64,000 nucleotides of DNA, from positions 1-64,000 of the IMG/VR virus record IMGVR_UViG_3300028364_000014; one strand, written 5' to 3'. The position numbers and the translations under genes were made by a program. Numbering within the stretch: position 1 is the stretch's first letter; each line of letters begins with the position of its first letter. Under the pieces are notes generated by a model. The model was not told the DNA's origin, made no database searches, and was given only the letters and a program-made list of their open reading frames with translations. Shown one piece after another: positions 30,829 to 40,435 of this stretch.

Positions 30829-33819
30829 TTATTTAATTCTTTTCTTTAATACCGCGTGGCCTAGTCCGTATTCCAATAGTGGGGGTGCTTGAAAACTTGA
30901 AGTGCCTTGAGATCCTAAATAATCAAAACTAGTCCCTACTCTACTACGCACTAAGCCACTTACACTATGAAGAATAGGACCATCTCCCTCTTCGAGTTCC
31001 CTCTCAACCTGTCTTGCTCCATGGGCTCCTAATATAAGTGCAGAATATAAATCCTTATTCATATGCTTAGTAGGAGTATCGAAATGCAATATACCAGTAG
31101 AAGTTTGAGTAACTACTATATTTAATAACTGTGATTTAAGCGTTATTATATTTATATAAGCCCTAGCTAATAAATCGTTAGTAGAATTAGATGGATTATC
31201 TGGAAATAAAAGACTCTTATCCTCAAACATAGCTTTTGTAGTAAAATTGGCATCAGCTATCCAAGTAGGATTAAAATTAACCATATCTAGTATATGTCTT
31301 CCTTCTAAATGTATATGATCTTGGTTTCCTCTATCAATAATAGGTTCGGTTTCTCCGTAACCCTCCTCTAATAAATCACATACTGCCTTTCCACCTCCGC
31401 CTTTATCCATGAATATTCTAATGATATTATATTGATTACAAAGTTGTTGTACTGATCTTGTAAGTCCTTGTGTGGTCTGCTTTTTAAGTTCTATTACATT
31501 AACTATTTTATTAGGTTTACCTATTTCAATAATAACCACACCACAACTGGCGCTTCCCCCCTGATTAGGGTCAATACCCATTATATACTGTTTATTAGGC
31601 GCTCCATTGAACTGTAAAGTAAAATCATTCCCTAAAGTACAATCATCTAATAGGGATGCCTTAAAAAATCCCTCTGAATCTGAAACCATGGCAGCTTCAT
31701 ATTCCATACTATACTCATGTCTAGACATAATACGTTTAGCTTCAGCAATATTATTATTATCCAAGAACCCCTCAGGTAAGTCCCAATAAGGTACTTGCCA
31801 CACTGCATAATCACAATCCTTACCTTGAGCTTCAGCTTCCGCCACCATCTTCCAATGGTCCCTCATACGTCGCCACATATGATTAAATTTATAATACCCT
31901 GAGGAAGTCATTACCATCTTGTTAACTTTTTCCTCAGCAAAATCATCAGCAGCAGCAAGACCAGCATTAATCAAACGAGTCTGTTCCTCTAGTCTACGAA
32001 CTCTTTCCATCGGTGCCAAAGAGGTTGCTCCCATTGGTCTTACTACCATATCCAAAGTTTGATCTGGAACTTGCGCTAACTCATCCACAAGAATTAGATA
32101 GAAACGTGATCCACGAATTTTACTACCATCTCCTAGTGGTAGTCCCTCAATATATGATGGAGTTTTACCAGCAACCGACTTAAATTTTAAATAAGCTGTG
32201 TCTGAACCACGAGTTGGTTTCTTTGCAGAAGCTTCTCTAAGAATTGAAGATTGATCATATAGTTTCTCTACTTCAGCAAATATCATTTTTGAATTGTGAT
32301 TAATAAACCCGTTAGCCCAATAACAGTGTTCATTTTTTACTTCTATATCTATTGTTTCTGAAAAGAAGTAATCAACCTCTTTAATTTTAACAAAGTATAA
32401 CCCTTGTTCATATAATTTTTTGGCTTTATTGTAATTATCCTTTATTAATTTATTTGTAAGACCAATAGCCCTAGCTAAACTTTCTTCTTGATTAAAATGG
32501 TTATCTATATAAGCATTAAGCTTTTCTTTCTTTCTTAAGCATCTAAATCCAACAGTATCATTGAATCTTTTGATAAAAGTTTGTCCTGTAATCCTAACTT
32601 TATAGGCTTCTGCACATTTAGACGGTTTATTTCCTTGCGATAATTGTCTTATACATGCCTTTTTACTTATACCAAAGTTAGACACTATACCTAAATTTAG
32701 TAGTATAGCCTGCACTTCTTTAGCTAGTTGTTTAGAAGAAGTACTAAAGGCAATTTCAGAACCTTTATTTTTTTGCACATAAAAACACCCATCTGTGTCA
32801 TATAAACCCTGTAAACAAGCTATTAAGTTATCTCGTGAAGCTTTTTTTAAAATACTAGGAATCTTTTTATCCAGAGCTGTTGTTTTAGTAAAACCACACT
32901 CTAATAAATACTGGGCTAGTTGCTTACAAAAGTATTGAATTTCCCAAGTATCATTCCTTCTATTCCTTCTATCTATCTTTTCTTCTTTATCTACACAAAA
33001 ATATCTTCTTAGATTATTCTCAAAAGAGTCTAATAAATCCTGGTCTTCACTTACAAAGTCTACACGCTGTTTTCTTTTATTTTTACTAACAGAAACACAG
33101 CCATCACCTAGTAAAAGACCCATCCAATAAGATAAAGAAGGTGTTAATTCTTTAGGTATTAAACAATTTTTAGTTCTCCAATCATGTTCAAATTCAAATT
33201 CAGGCATCGAGTTATCATTACCAAAATAATTAAATCCTGTTTTTATTGCTATATATTCATCTTTTATATCCTGTAAGTCTTTAAATTCAGTATCTAAATC
33301 ATCGTTTAAACACACAACGGCATGATCTATAGTACCAGACAATTCAAATCCTTTTGTAGTTTTTATATACTTACATGCTTTATCTTTATCTGTCCATTTA
33401 CTGACTACTGTATTATGATTAAAATTTGACTGTACTCTTGTTTTTCCTGGAATTACTTTATTATAAAAATCCTCTGTACCTGTATTTAATCCTTCATTTG
33501 TCCAAAACGTAGCAAGTGTGTCTGATTTTATTAACGATTGTCTAAATACTGGGCCAATTAGACCTACCCTATAACCTGGATACAACAAGCAACTTAATGC
33601 AGCTAAAGTACCGAGCATAAAAGTTTTTCCCACGCCACGTCCACAAATAGCTATGACGTAGTTCTTAAACCACATGTCTCTAAAAACCAATCGCTGAATA
33701 GGTGCTAAATCTACCCCTAGGAGCTCATAAGCGGCTGTACAAGGGTGAGCTCTATAAAACTCTATAAGTTCCTTACCTTGTACCAGCAACGCTTCCATGT
33801 TTTGTCTTTTTTTAGCCAT
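30829..33819 (-). CDS. terL: Terminase large subunit with intein
   Basis: Walker A CGRGVGKT, Walker B LILVDE, nuclease GIDP and IFMDKGGG, KDLYSAL; intein insert after GPVFRQ. Confidence 0.92.
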   Translation of the reverse strand: MAKKRQNMEALLVQGKELIEFYRAHPCTAAYELLGVDLAPIQRLVFRDMWFKNYVIAICGRGVGKTFMLGTLAALSCLLYPGYRVGLIGPVFRQSLIKSDTLATFWTNEGLNTGTEDFYNKVIPGKTRVQSNFNHNTVVSKWTDKDKACKYIKTTKGFELSGTIDHAVVCLNDDLDTEFKDLQDIKDEYIAIKTGFNYFGNDNSMPEFEFEHDWRTKNCLIPKELTPSLSYWMGLLLGDGCVSVSKNKRKQRVDFVSEDQDLLDSFENNLRRYFCVDKEEKIDRRNRRNDTWEIQYFCKQLAQYLLECGFTKTTALDKKIPSILKKASRDNLIACLQGLYDTDGCFYVQKNKGSEIAFSTSSKQLAKEVQAILLNLGIVSNFGISKKACIRQLSQGNKPSKCAEAYKVRITGQTFIKRFNDTVGFRCLRKKEKLNAYIDNHFNQEESLARAIGLTNKLIKDNYNKAKKLYEQGLYFVKIKEVDYFFSETIDIEVKNEHCYWANGFINHNSKMIFAEVEKLYDQSSILREASAKKPTRGSDTAYLKFKSVAGKTPSYIEGLPLGDGSKIRGSRFYLILVDELAQVPDQTLDMVVRPMGATSLAPMERVRRLEEQTRLINAGLAAADDFAEEKVNKMVMTSSGYYKFNHMWRRMRDHWKMVAEAEAQGKDCDYAVWQVPYWDLPEGFLDNNNIAEAKRIMSRHEYSMEYEAAMVSDSEGFFKASLLDDCTLGNDFTLQFNGAPNKQYIMGIDPNQGGSASCGVVIIEIGKPNKIVNVIELKKQTTQGLTRSVQQLCNQYNIIRIFMDKGGGGKAVCDLLEEGYGETEPIIDRGNQDHIHLEGRHILDMVNFNPTWIADANFTTKAMFEDKSLLFPDNPSNSTNDLLARAYINIITLKSQLLNIVVTQTSTGILHFDTPTKHMNKDLYSALILGAHGARQVERELEEGDGPILHSVSGLVRSRVGTSFDYLGSQGTSSFQAPPLLEYGLGHAVLKKRIK
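32293..33537 (-). mobile_element. Intein (415 aa) with LAGLIDADG endonuclease in TerL
   Basis: Starts SLIKSDT, ends YWANGFINHN followed by Ser+1; LLLGDGC and LQGLYDTDG motifs; removal gives GPVFRQ-SKMIF. Confidence 0.9.
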
Positions 33820-34328
33820 TAGTCTTCTTCGCCTTTTGTTTCCTCTATATCAAGCCTGTTGCCATCATAACTTTCTCTATTTTTCCTCATCAACTTCTCT
33901 TCAGCTCTTAGTTTAGCCATACGTTTGGCTTGAGCTGCTTTTGCTTGCTGGTCATAGGCTACCGCTAAATCAACAATGGAGAAGCCTTTAAGCTCATTAG
34001 GATTAATCCTATCTCGCCTCCTAGAAGACAAGTTTTCTTTAAGTTTTTCATTTCGTTTATCAAGCTTCTCTATAGTAGCCGCCATATCAAGTTGTTTATC
34101 AGAGTCACCCTTAGTTTCTTTTAATAGTCTAAACGACAATACTTTATTCATAGACAAACTCATAATGTCATCTAGATCACTAGAAATTAACTCATCAGCA
34201 TCAAAATCTGCTAAGTATACCTCTACATACTCTCCGTACAATTTCAACTCATCATCATCAAAAATATCTTTAGCTGGCAAAAGGTCTCTAACTTTTCTAT
34301 GTGCTGGATGTAATTTTGGTCTAGCCAT
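33819..34328 (-). CDS. Putative terminase small subunit
   Basis: 169-aa helical protein whose stop overlaps the TerL start; synteny only. Confidence 0.5.
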   Translation of the reverse strand: MARPKLHPAHRKVRDLLPAKDIFDDDELKLYGEYVEVYLADFDADELISSDLDDIMSLSMNKVLSFRLLKETKGDSDKQLDMAATIEKLDKRNEKLKENLSSRRRDRINPNELKGFSIVDLAVAYDQQAKAAQAKRMAKLRAEEKLMRKNRESYDGNRLDIEETKGEED

Positions 34329-34333
34329 TATCT

Positions 34334-34735
34334 TTACTCCTCCATTTTTTGTTTGTACATTAGGAGTAATTCAGGAGTTAAAGAATGACCAAACATTTCT
34401 TCTATGTTTTCACCATATGAAATCTCTATTCTTAATTTATTCTGTAAAGACTTAAAAGTCAATACATCACGTATATCATCCAATTCCTCCTCTACATTTA
34501 ATACCCACTCACACATATCATCATCAATTATTCTACAATAAGTATTTATAATTTCTTGTGATAAAGGGTCTTTTCTTCTAAAATAATTCTGTAAAGATCT
34601 TGATATTTTATTTTTTGTAGCCTCTTTATGTTTTTGTCCCTTCTTGGCTTCACTTATAGCATGCTTACTAGCTTCACTAAGTTTAAAACCAATAGGTCTA
34701 CCTTTTCTACCTTGAGTTAGTCTAATCGGTTTCAT
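34334..34735 (-). CDS. NUMOD3-motif DNA-binding protein
   Basis: KLSEASKHAISEAKKGQKHKEATKNKISRSL. Confidence 0.6.
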   Translation of the reverse strand: MKPIRLTQGRKGRPIGFKLSEASKHAISEAKKGQKHKEATKNKISRSLQNYFRRKDPLSQEIINTYCRIIDDDMCEWVLNVEEELDDIRDVLTFKSLQNKLRIEISYGENIEEMFGHSLTPELLLMYKQKMEE

Positions 34736-35036
34736 AAGTTACCTCCGATACTGAAGAAAATTTATTACAACCACTACATATTACACCTACAGTAGCAGTC
34801 GTTCCATAAAGTATTTTACCACAATTATCACACCTAATAACGGAAGATCTCCCTTTAGATTTTAACGGTTTTCTAAACTCAAACGGTAAGTTTTTATAAT
34901 GATCTGCAAACTTACTCTCTTTATGTATTTTCTCATTTAGTTTAGTAACCCCTCCTTCCGGTTCCCATCTTCTAGGCGTTTGCCCAGGTCTTAATTCCCC
35001 TGTACCTAAACTACCAAATGTATTATCTTTATTCAT
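34722..35036 (-). CDS. Zinc-ribbon protein (104 aa)
   Basis: CDNC...CSGC. Confidence 0.55.
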   Translation of the reverse strand: MNKDNTFGSLGTGELRPGQTPRRWEPEGGVTKLNEKIHKESKFADHYKNLPFEFRKPLKSKGRSSVIRCDNCGKILYGTTATVGVICSGCNKFSSVSEVTYETD

Positions 35037-35049
35037 ATACTTCTCCTGT

Positions 35050-35463
35050 TCAACTTTCGAGATCTATATTTAGAATTTTTAAAATATCTTCTATCTCTAT
35101 ATACAAAAGCTGCTTAGCTTCCTCTATCCCTAACTCATAATCCTCTTGTAATTTTAAAGGAACTACTACTGAGTCATTAAACCTTTTCCCAGGTTCAGGT
35201 CTATCCTCTATAATTCTATTATATACTTCTAAGTTAGCCTTATATTTCCTTACCATAAAAAGCATTGAAGAATCTAGTATTTCTTTTATTAGTGTTATTT
35301 TTTTACTATTACTTAAATTATCCATCTGAGAAATACTTAACACAAAAGAAAATAGACCACAGTAACCTTTAAATGCATCCATTACATCTCTAACCACTAA
35401 ACCTTCACCCTCAAGTAACAAACTATCTAGATACTCAGTACTACTCTTATTAACTCTACTCAT
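35050..35463 (-). CDS. Hypothetical protein (137 aa)
   Basis: ORF in operon. Confidence 0.6.
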   Translation of the reverse strand: MSRVNKSSTEYLDSLLLEGEGLVVRDVMDAFKGYCGLFSFVLSISQMDNLSNSKKITLIKEILDSSMLFMVRKYKANLEVYNRIIEDRPEPGKRFNDSVVVPLKLQEDYELGIEEAKQLLYIEIEDILKILNIDLES

Positions 35464-36025
35464 GTTTTATATCCTTATATTGAACGTCTAAGAACTTTTT
35501 AGACCCTATATAATCACTTATATAAACACAAAGTTCTGGTAAAGTATATTCAGTCATAGGCTTAGCAAAAGCTTTAGTAGTCCAAGGACCATAGTGATAA
35601 TAAACACTACCATAAATTATGTTATAATCTTCTTCAGTTAGTAATTGAGTGTCTCTCTGTACCTCCATAACCAAATCAGCCGCTAATCTAGGATGATTTT
35701 TTAAGGTCCAGCTGGTTTTTTCCTTTCCGCGTTTTAATAAATCATGAATTATACAAGCACTTAAAACAGCATCACGATTACTGTCTATAGCAAGGGCTCT
35801 AGTTAGAGCGTAAGCTATATGAAATACTTTTTTAGTGTGTATAATAGTACCATCCCAACTCAATTCATTTAGAGGGTGATACTTACCAGTAGAACTAGCA
35901 GGACAATCTGTAAAAATATAATCAGGAGCTAATGCTAAACATAATTTAGTAAATTCTCTAATATTAGAATCAGTTATTAGTGCTAATTCAGCTTCAAACA
36001 TCTCTTCTCTTTGTTTACTTCTCAT
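35456..36025 (-). CDS. HD-domain phosphohydrolase
   Basis: ASSTGKYHP, IIHT, CIIHDLLK, HPRL, YHYG, SD pattern. Confidence 0.85.
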   Translation of the reverse strand: MRSKQREEMFEAELALITDSNIREFTKLCLALAPDYIFTDCPASSTGKYHPLNELSWDGTIIHTKKVFHIAYALTRALAIDSNRDAVLSACIIHDLLKRGKEKTSWTLKNHPRLAADLVMEVQRDTQLLTEEDYNIIYGSVYYHYGPWTTKAFAKPMTEYTLPELCVYISDYIGSKKFLDVQYKDIKHE

Positions 36026-36040
36026 TTAATTCTCCAAATA

Positions 36041-36286
36041 CTAGTACGGACGAAGTTGTAAATCATCCGTAGTTAAATTAATTCTTTCGATAGATGTAGA
36101 ATTGTGATTAGGGTTGTACCCTGGTTGTTTCCAACCACTACCATCTATACTATGCGATCTGCCTTGAGCTATTTTAGGATTAACTACTGTAGCAGTCCAC
36201 CTATCATTTTTATTATAACTAATAGGGTATCTTTCTCGGTATCTACTTAGTTGGGGTTCTCTAAATTCATTTTCACTAATTGGCAT
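36041..36286 (-). CDS. Hypothetical protein (81 aa)
   Basis: ORF with GGGGAG RBS. Confidence 0.55.
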   Translation of the reverse strand: MPISENEFREPQLSRYRERYPISYNKNDRWTATVVNPKIAQGRSHSIDGSGWKQPGYNPNHNSTSIERINLTTDDLQLRPY

Positions 36287-36314
36287 TATACTCCCCCTTT
36301 ATTCACATAATTAA

Positions 36315-36704
36315 TTACTTTTTTTTCTTATCATCTTTTTTATTTTTCTTAAAAGGAAAACCATCATCTTCTTCGTCTTCCATATCTTTCTTATCTTTCT
36401 TATCCTCTTTCATTTTAGCTGCTTGCTCGATAAAAAAGTTCCCAGCCCTTTCCAAAGAAGCTGCATAATCATTATCTTTAGATGATTCTTCCTTACCTAT
36501 TGATTTCATGATTTCCATAACATTTAGTGCAAACTCAGGAATTTGTTTCCCACTCCACTCATAGTGCACACTCATATACTCATTATCACCCATTTTAGAA
36601 GAGATACTAGCGTAATTATATCCATCACTGTATCTACTAATAACAGCATTCTTAACCGTTTTAACATCAATACCTACATTAAAGTTACTATCTTTCATTT
36701 TCAA
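36315..36704 (-). CDS. Hypothetical protein with K/D-rich tail (129 aa)
   Basis: ORF with RBS. Confidence 0.55.
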   Translation of the reverse strand: MKMKDSNFNVGIDVKTVKNAVISRYSDGYNYASISSKMGDNEYMSVHYEWSGKQIPEFALNVMEIMKSIGKEESSKDNDYAASLERAGNFFIEQAAKMKEDKKDKKDMEDEEDDGFPFKKNKKDDKKKK

Positions 36705-37275
36705 TCTCCTTTTTAATTTCTAAAGCTTTTAATTTCAATTCATCTAATGTACCATTATTATCTACCACAAAATCGGCATCACAAAAGTCATCAAGAGATG
36801 TCTCTGAGGTATGCTGAGTATTATGTATTTTAATATCATGATTTCTATTTATTTTTATATGGTAACCTCCACGATCTGTAACAGCTTTAATTTCGTCAGG
36901 GAATCTACCATCGGTGATAATAACATTTTTAAGACCACTACTGTCTATATGATTAAATAACTGTTTTATCCAAAACTTATTATCTATAGTTCTATAAGCT
37001 TCAGTACCCATATACTGCATAATCTCTCTTGGAGTCCAATACTCTATCTCAGATAAGTCGTTATCAAGTAGAGTTTTAGGATACCTCTTATCAGGTACTT
37101 CCTTTAAGTCACCATACAATTGGGCGGAGCTTAAACCAAAATCGTTAGCTAACCTTTCTTTAAGATTATTAGCGTAACCCATAATAAAATAATTAGCATC
37201 CATTACATCTTGTAACATTTTACCTAAGGTGTCTTTTCCACATCTAGCCTTAGAGCTTATAACTATTAGAGCCAT
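36688..37275 (-). CDS. Deoxynucleoside monophosphate kinase
   Basis: ISSKARCGKDT P-loop; TPREIMQYMGTE; VIITDGRFPDE; HTSETSLD. Confidence 0.85.
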   Translation of the reverse strand: MALIVISSKARCGKDTLGKMLQDVMDANYFIMGYANNLKERLANDFGLSSAQLYGDLKEVPDKRYPKTLLDNDLSEIEYWTPREIMQYMGTEAYRTIDNKFWIKQLFNHIDSSGLKNVIITDGRFPDEIKAVTDRGGYHIKINRNHDIKIHNTQHTSETSLDDFCDADFVVDNNGTLDELKLKALEIKKEIENER

Positions 37276-37389
37276 TTTAATTCCTTATTTATTTTTTAAA
37301 AGTCTAATTACACTACAAAATGTATCCCAATCTTTTATACCACTTAGTGCTTGCTTATCATAGGCGTTTTCCATAGGTACTCCTTTATA

Positions 37390-37794
37390 TTAATCAATAG
37401 TTACTCTCCAATCAAGCTGTCTAATAGCGCTATCAATACTAACAAACTCGTGCAATAAACCGTCCCTTTGTTTTTGTAAAGTTATTATATCCAAACTTTT
37501 ATTATCAGAACCAATAAGTTCCGTAATAACAGCTACTTTTAATTCTATAGCTTCTCTGAGTTCAATAGCAGTACTAAGAGTTACTTCAGTATCTCCTATA
37601 CTAATCTTAGACTGTGTATTAGCCTGAATTAATATTAAATTTATAGTTTGTAATTTATTAATATAATTTAATAACACAACTACAATACCATTAGCTTCTA
37701 TCTCATTTACAAGCCCAGAAGATAATTTTCTCCTGAGCTCGTTTATTTTTTGTTTTAATAATATACGTTCATCTAATTTTTCTCGTAAGTACAT
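37390..37794 (-). CDS. Hypothetical coiled-coil protein (134 aa)
   Basis: ORF with RBS. Confidence 0.55.
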   Translation of the reverse strand: MYLREKLDERILLKQKINELRRKLSSGLVNEIEANGIVVVLLNYINKLQTINLILIQANTQSKISIGDTEVTLSTAIELREAIELKVAVITELIGSDNKSLDIITLQKQRDGLLHEFVSIDSAIRQLDWRVTID

Positions 37795-37807
37795 AATCTC
37801 CTATTGT

Positions 37808-38524
37808 TTAATAGCGTAAGCTTGTTGAACAATTACCGCAGTACTTAATATTACTTTTCCAACGATGGCCACAGGTTGGGCAAGTAACTTTAGTTTTAAC
37901 AGTAATAGGTTTTTGTATTTTTTTTCTTTTAACCTCACCTTTAAGGTTTAGTATAATTGTGTATGGAAAAAGTTCTAACTTACCAATAGCCCCAGTAACA
38001 AACTCTTGAAAAATCTCTTTACCAGGGACTGTGATACCTACGGCATTTTCGGGCTCATTATAGTCAGATACAATAGATTCAAATTTATTTGCAGAATAAG
38101 CAAGAGGATCACAAAAGTTACCATAACGAATACCAGTTTCTTTAAAAAAAGAAGGTCTAGTCTGGCTAATAAACTCTCGTTCCTCAAACCTATAAGTTAC
38201 TTCTATCAAACCATCCTCTATTAAATTACCTCTAAATTTAGATATAGACTCAGTACGCTCTATAAATCTAAACTTATTAGTAACTTTTAATCCATTCATA
38301 AATCCTTTTAATTCTGTAGACCCGTTAGGATCAATTATTATACTATTACCATTTAAAACATCCTGACCGTCGACTTTCACCTCTACGAGTGCCTTTCTAC
38401 TTTCTTTATTTTTTAATAAAAGAGAGTAGTCTGAACCAAATGGTAATCGTACTACATTATTATTGAATTCTCTTAATACTTTACCCTTATGCTTAATCAC
38501 TACTATAAAATTATTACCGTACAT
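37808..38524 (-). CDS. Hypothetical protein with C-terminal double zinc ribbon
   Basis: CPTCG...YCGNC. Confidence 0.6.
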   Translation of the reverse strand: MYGNNFIVVIKHKGKVLREFNNNVVRLPFGSDYSLLLKNKESRKALVEVKVDGQDVLNGNSIIIDPNGSTELKGFMNGLKVTNKFRFIERTESISKFRGNLIEDGLIEVTYRFEEREFISQTRPSFFKETGIRYGNFCDPLAYSANKFESIVSDYNEPENAVGITVPGKEIFQEFVTGAIGKLELFPYTIILNLKGEVKRKKIQKPITVKTKVTCPTCGHRWKSNIKYCGNCSTSLRY

Positions 38525-38601
38525 TATTTTTATCCTTTAACGGGCTACTAGTTAAAGCCCCTATTTATTTTAAACTAGTTAGTGTTATTATTAATTAGTT
38601 A

Positions 38602-38817
38602 CTATACAGGTGTTACATCTATTGCTTGAGTACCTTTATCGGTAATTTTCAACGCAAACGTAACTGCTTGTCCATCAGTCAAAGTTTTATACCCTGATAC
38701 ATTTATAGCACTATAATGAACAAAATACTCCTCTGTATCCATTTCTTCCTCGTAGACAAATCCATACCCTCTGTCATTATTAAACCATTTTACAATTCCA
38801 TCAATCTTTTCTACCAT
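38602..38817 (-). CDS. cspA: Cold-shock protein
   Basis: GIVKWFNNDRGYGFV (RNP1), YFVHYSAI (RNP2), GYKTLTDGQAVTF. Confidence 0.93.
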   Translation of the reverse strand: MVEKIDGIVKWFNNDRGYGFVYEEEMDTEEYFVHYSAINVSGYKTLTDGQAVTFALKITDKGTQAIDVTPV

Positions 38818-38953
38818 GTTAATTATTCTCCATTTTTTAATTTTATTTTAGTTTTTACTAGTCATTGTGGCCATAATGATTAGTAATTATAATTCTTATT
38901 TTTAATTTAATCAAAGTATTTTATCACTATACATCTAGAAGTTACATTAATAG

Positions 38954-39994
38954 TTATATTTTATATCTATTATTTAATATAGCCTGATACCAAGACTTAT
39001 GCCACTCTCTATCTTTATTAGCCCTTGAATTACAAGAGCGACATACCGTTATTAAATTACTTGGTTTACAATTCTTTTTATTATAATCTATATGATGGAT
39101 TGTTAGTACCTTGTCCCTATTCCAACAAACAGGATTTAGACACACATTCCCATCACGATCCATAATACCTTGTTTATATTCTTTATCCTTCCATGCTTCA
39201 CAATAAGGGTCAAATGTAATACCACCTCTCCAATTCGGAGTATTTGATCCAAAATAGTTATTAATATAACATGTAGAGCATCTATTACCTTGACTAAAAT
39301 TATTCCAAGTCACATAATTAGTATGTCCATTATCACATATGTATTTTAATTTCTGTTTTCCATTTCTATATTCAGTAGACAGTAAAGTATATCCTACTTT
39401 ACTAAACTCATCTTTTATATACTCTACATTGTGTCTAACTTTACCAGAGCACACTGAGCACCTATTACCGTTACTCCAATTTGCCCAAGTAATATTTCTA
39501 ATATGACCTTTGGGGCATTTAACTTTTAAATTAGAAAAAGCATTTTTATATTTATTTAATAGCACATAACCCTCTGACGCTAGTAACTCAAACACATCAT
39601 CAGTAGTTAACTTGGCATTATTACTACATATAGCACATCTACTATTTTTAGAACTCCAAGCATCCCAAGAAGTACTATACTTATGACCATTTGGACATAT
39701 ATAATCTAATTTTTCAGAACAATTTATATATTCAGAGGTTAATAAAACATACCCCTCGTCAGCAAAGGCTTTCCTTATACTCTCGATTGTTCTTCTTCTT
39801 ACTCTACCATTAGGATTACAATAAGAACATCTTCTTCCAGTTTGCCATTTATTCCACGATATTTTATATTTATGCCCTTTAGGACAAATATATTCTAACA
39901 ACGTAGCTGAGTTTGTATAACTAGTAGCTAATAATTTATATCCTTCAGACTCAAAAGAACTTTTTACATATTCTATAGTAAGCTTTTTAGACAT
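38954..39994 (-). CDS. HNH homing endonuclease, family A
   Basis: CPKGH/CPNGH/CDNGH repeats; LTIHHIDYNKKNCKPSNLITVCRSCN. Confidence 0.85.
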   Translation of the reverse strand: MSKKLTIEYVKSSFESEGYKLLATSYTNSATLLEYICPKGHKYKISWNKWQTGRRCSYCNPNGRVRRRTIESIRKAFADEGYVLLTSEYINCSEKLDYICPNGHKYSTSWDAWSSKNSRCAICSNNAKLTTDDVFELLASEGYVLLNKYKNAFSNLKVKCPKGHIRNITWANWSNGNRCSVCSGKVRHNVEYIKDEFSKVGYTLLSTEYRNGKQKLKYICDNGHTNYVTWNNFSQGNRCSTCYINNYFGSNTPNWRGGITFDPYCEAWKDKEYKQGIMDRDGNVCLNPVCWNRDKVLTIHHIDYNKKNCKPSNLITVCRSCNSRANKDREWHKSWYQAILNNRYKI

Positions 39995-39995
39995 A

Positions 39996-40397
39996 TCACT
40001 CTACTAACTCAAAATGAGGTCCGTCGAAGAATTTATTATTCATTTTCCTATTAGAAGACCAGTCGCCTCCCCATCGAATATTTATACCCATCTGTGATGC
40101 TACGCCAAGAACAAACCCCGCAAAAAGTACAAATTTTTCTTTACTCTCCCAAGGGATACCCTCCCCTACATAATACGGAGTTACATCAACTGCTTTAGAT
40201 GGAAATGTATTGTGGTTACTATTAGGCCACTTTACTTTAGAACGTCCAGAATTAAATGCATTATCTTGTTCCGTTTGCTCTCTATGCCCGCATATAACAC
40301 TACAATCGTAATACTTAATAATCTCATTAAATAATCTTTGTAGAGCTACATCAGTTGTTTCAAGATTTCTTTTAGATCTTTTTCCAAACTCTGGCAT
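39996..40397 (-). CDS. Peptidase M15 endolysin (L-Ala-D-Glu peptidase type)
   Basis: GHREQTEQD, SNHN...AVD, IRWGGDW, DGPHFEL. Confidence 0.88.
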   Translation of the reverse strand: MPEFGKRSKRNLETTDVALQRLFNEIIKYYDCSVICGHREQTEQDNAFNSGRSKVKWPNSNHNTFPSKAVDVTPYYVGEGIPWESKEKFVLFAGFVLGVASQMGINIRWGGDWSSNRKMNNKFFDGPHFELVE

Positions 40398-40435
40398 ATT
40401 TCTATCTCCTGCTGATTTAGAGGTTACATTAATGT

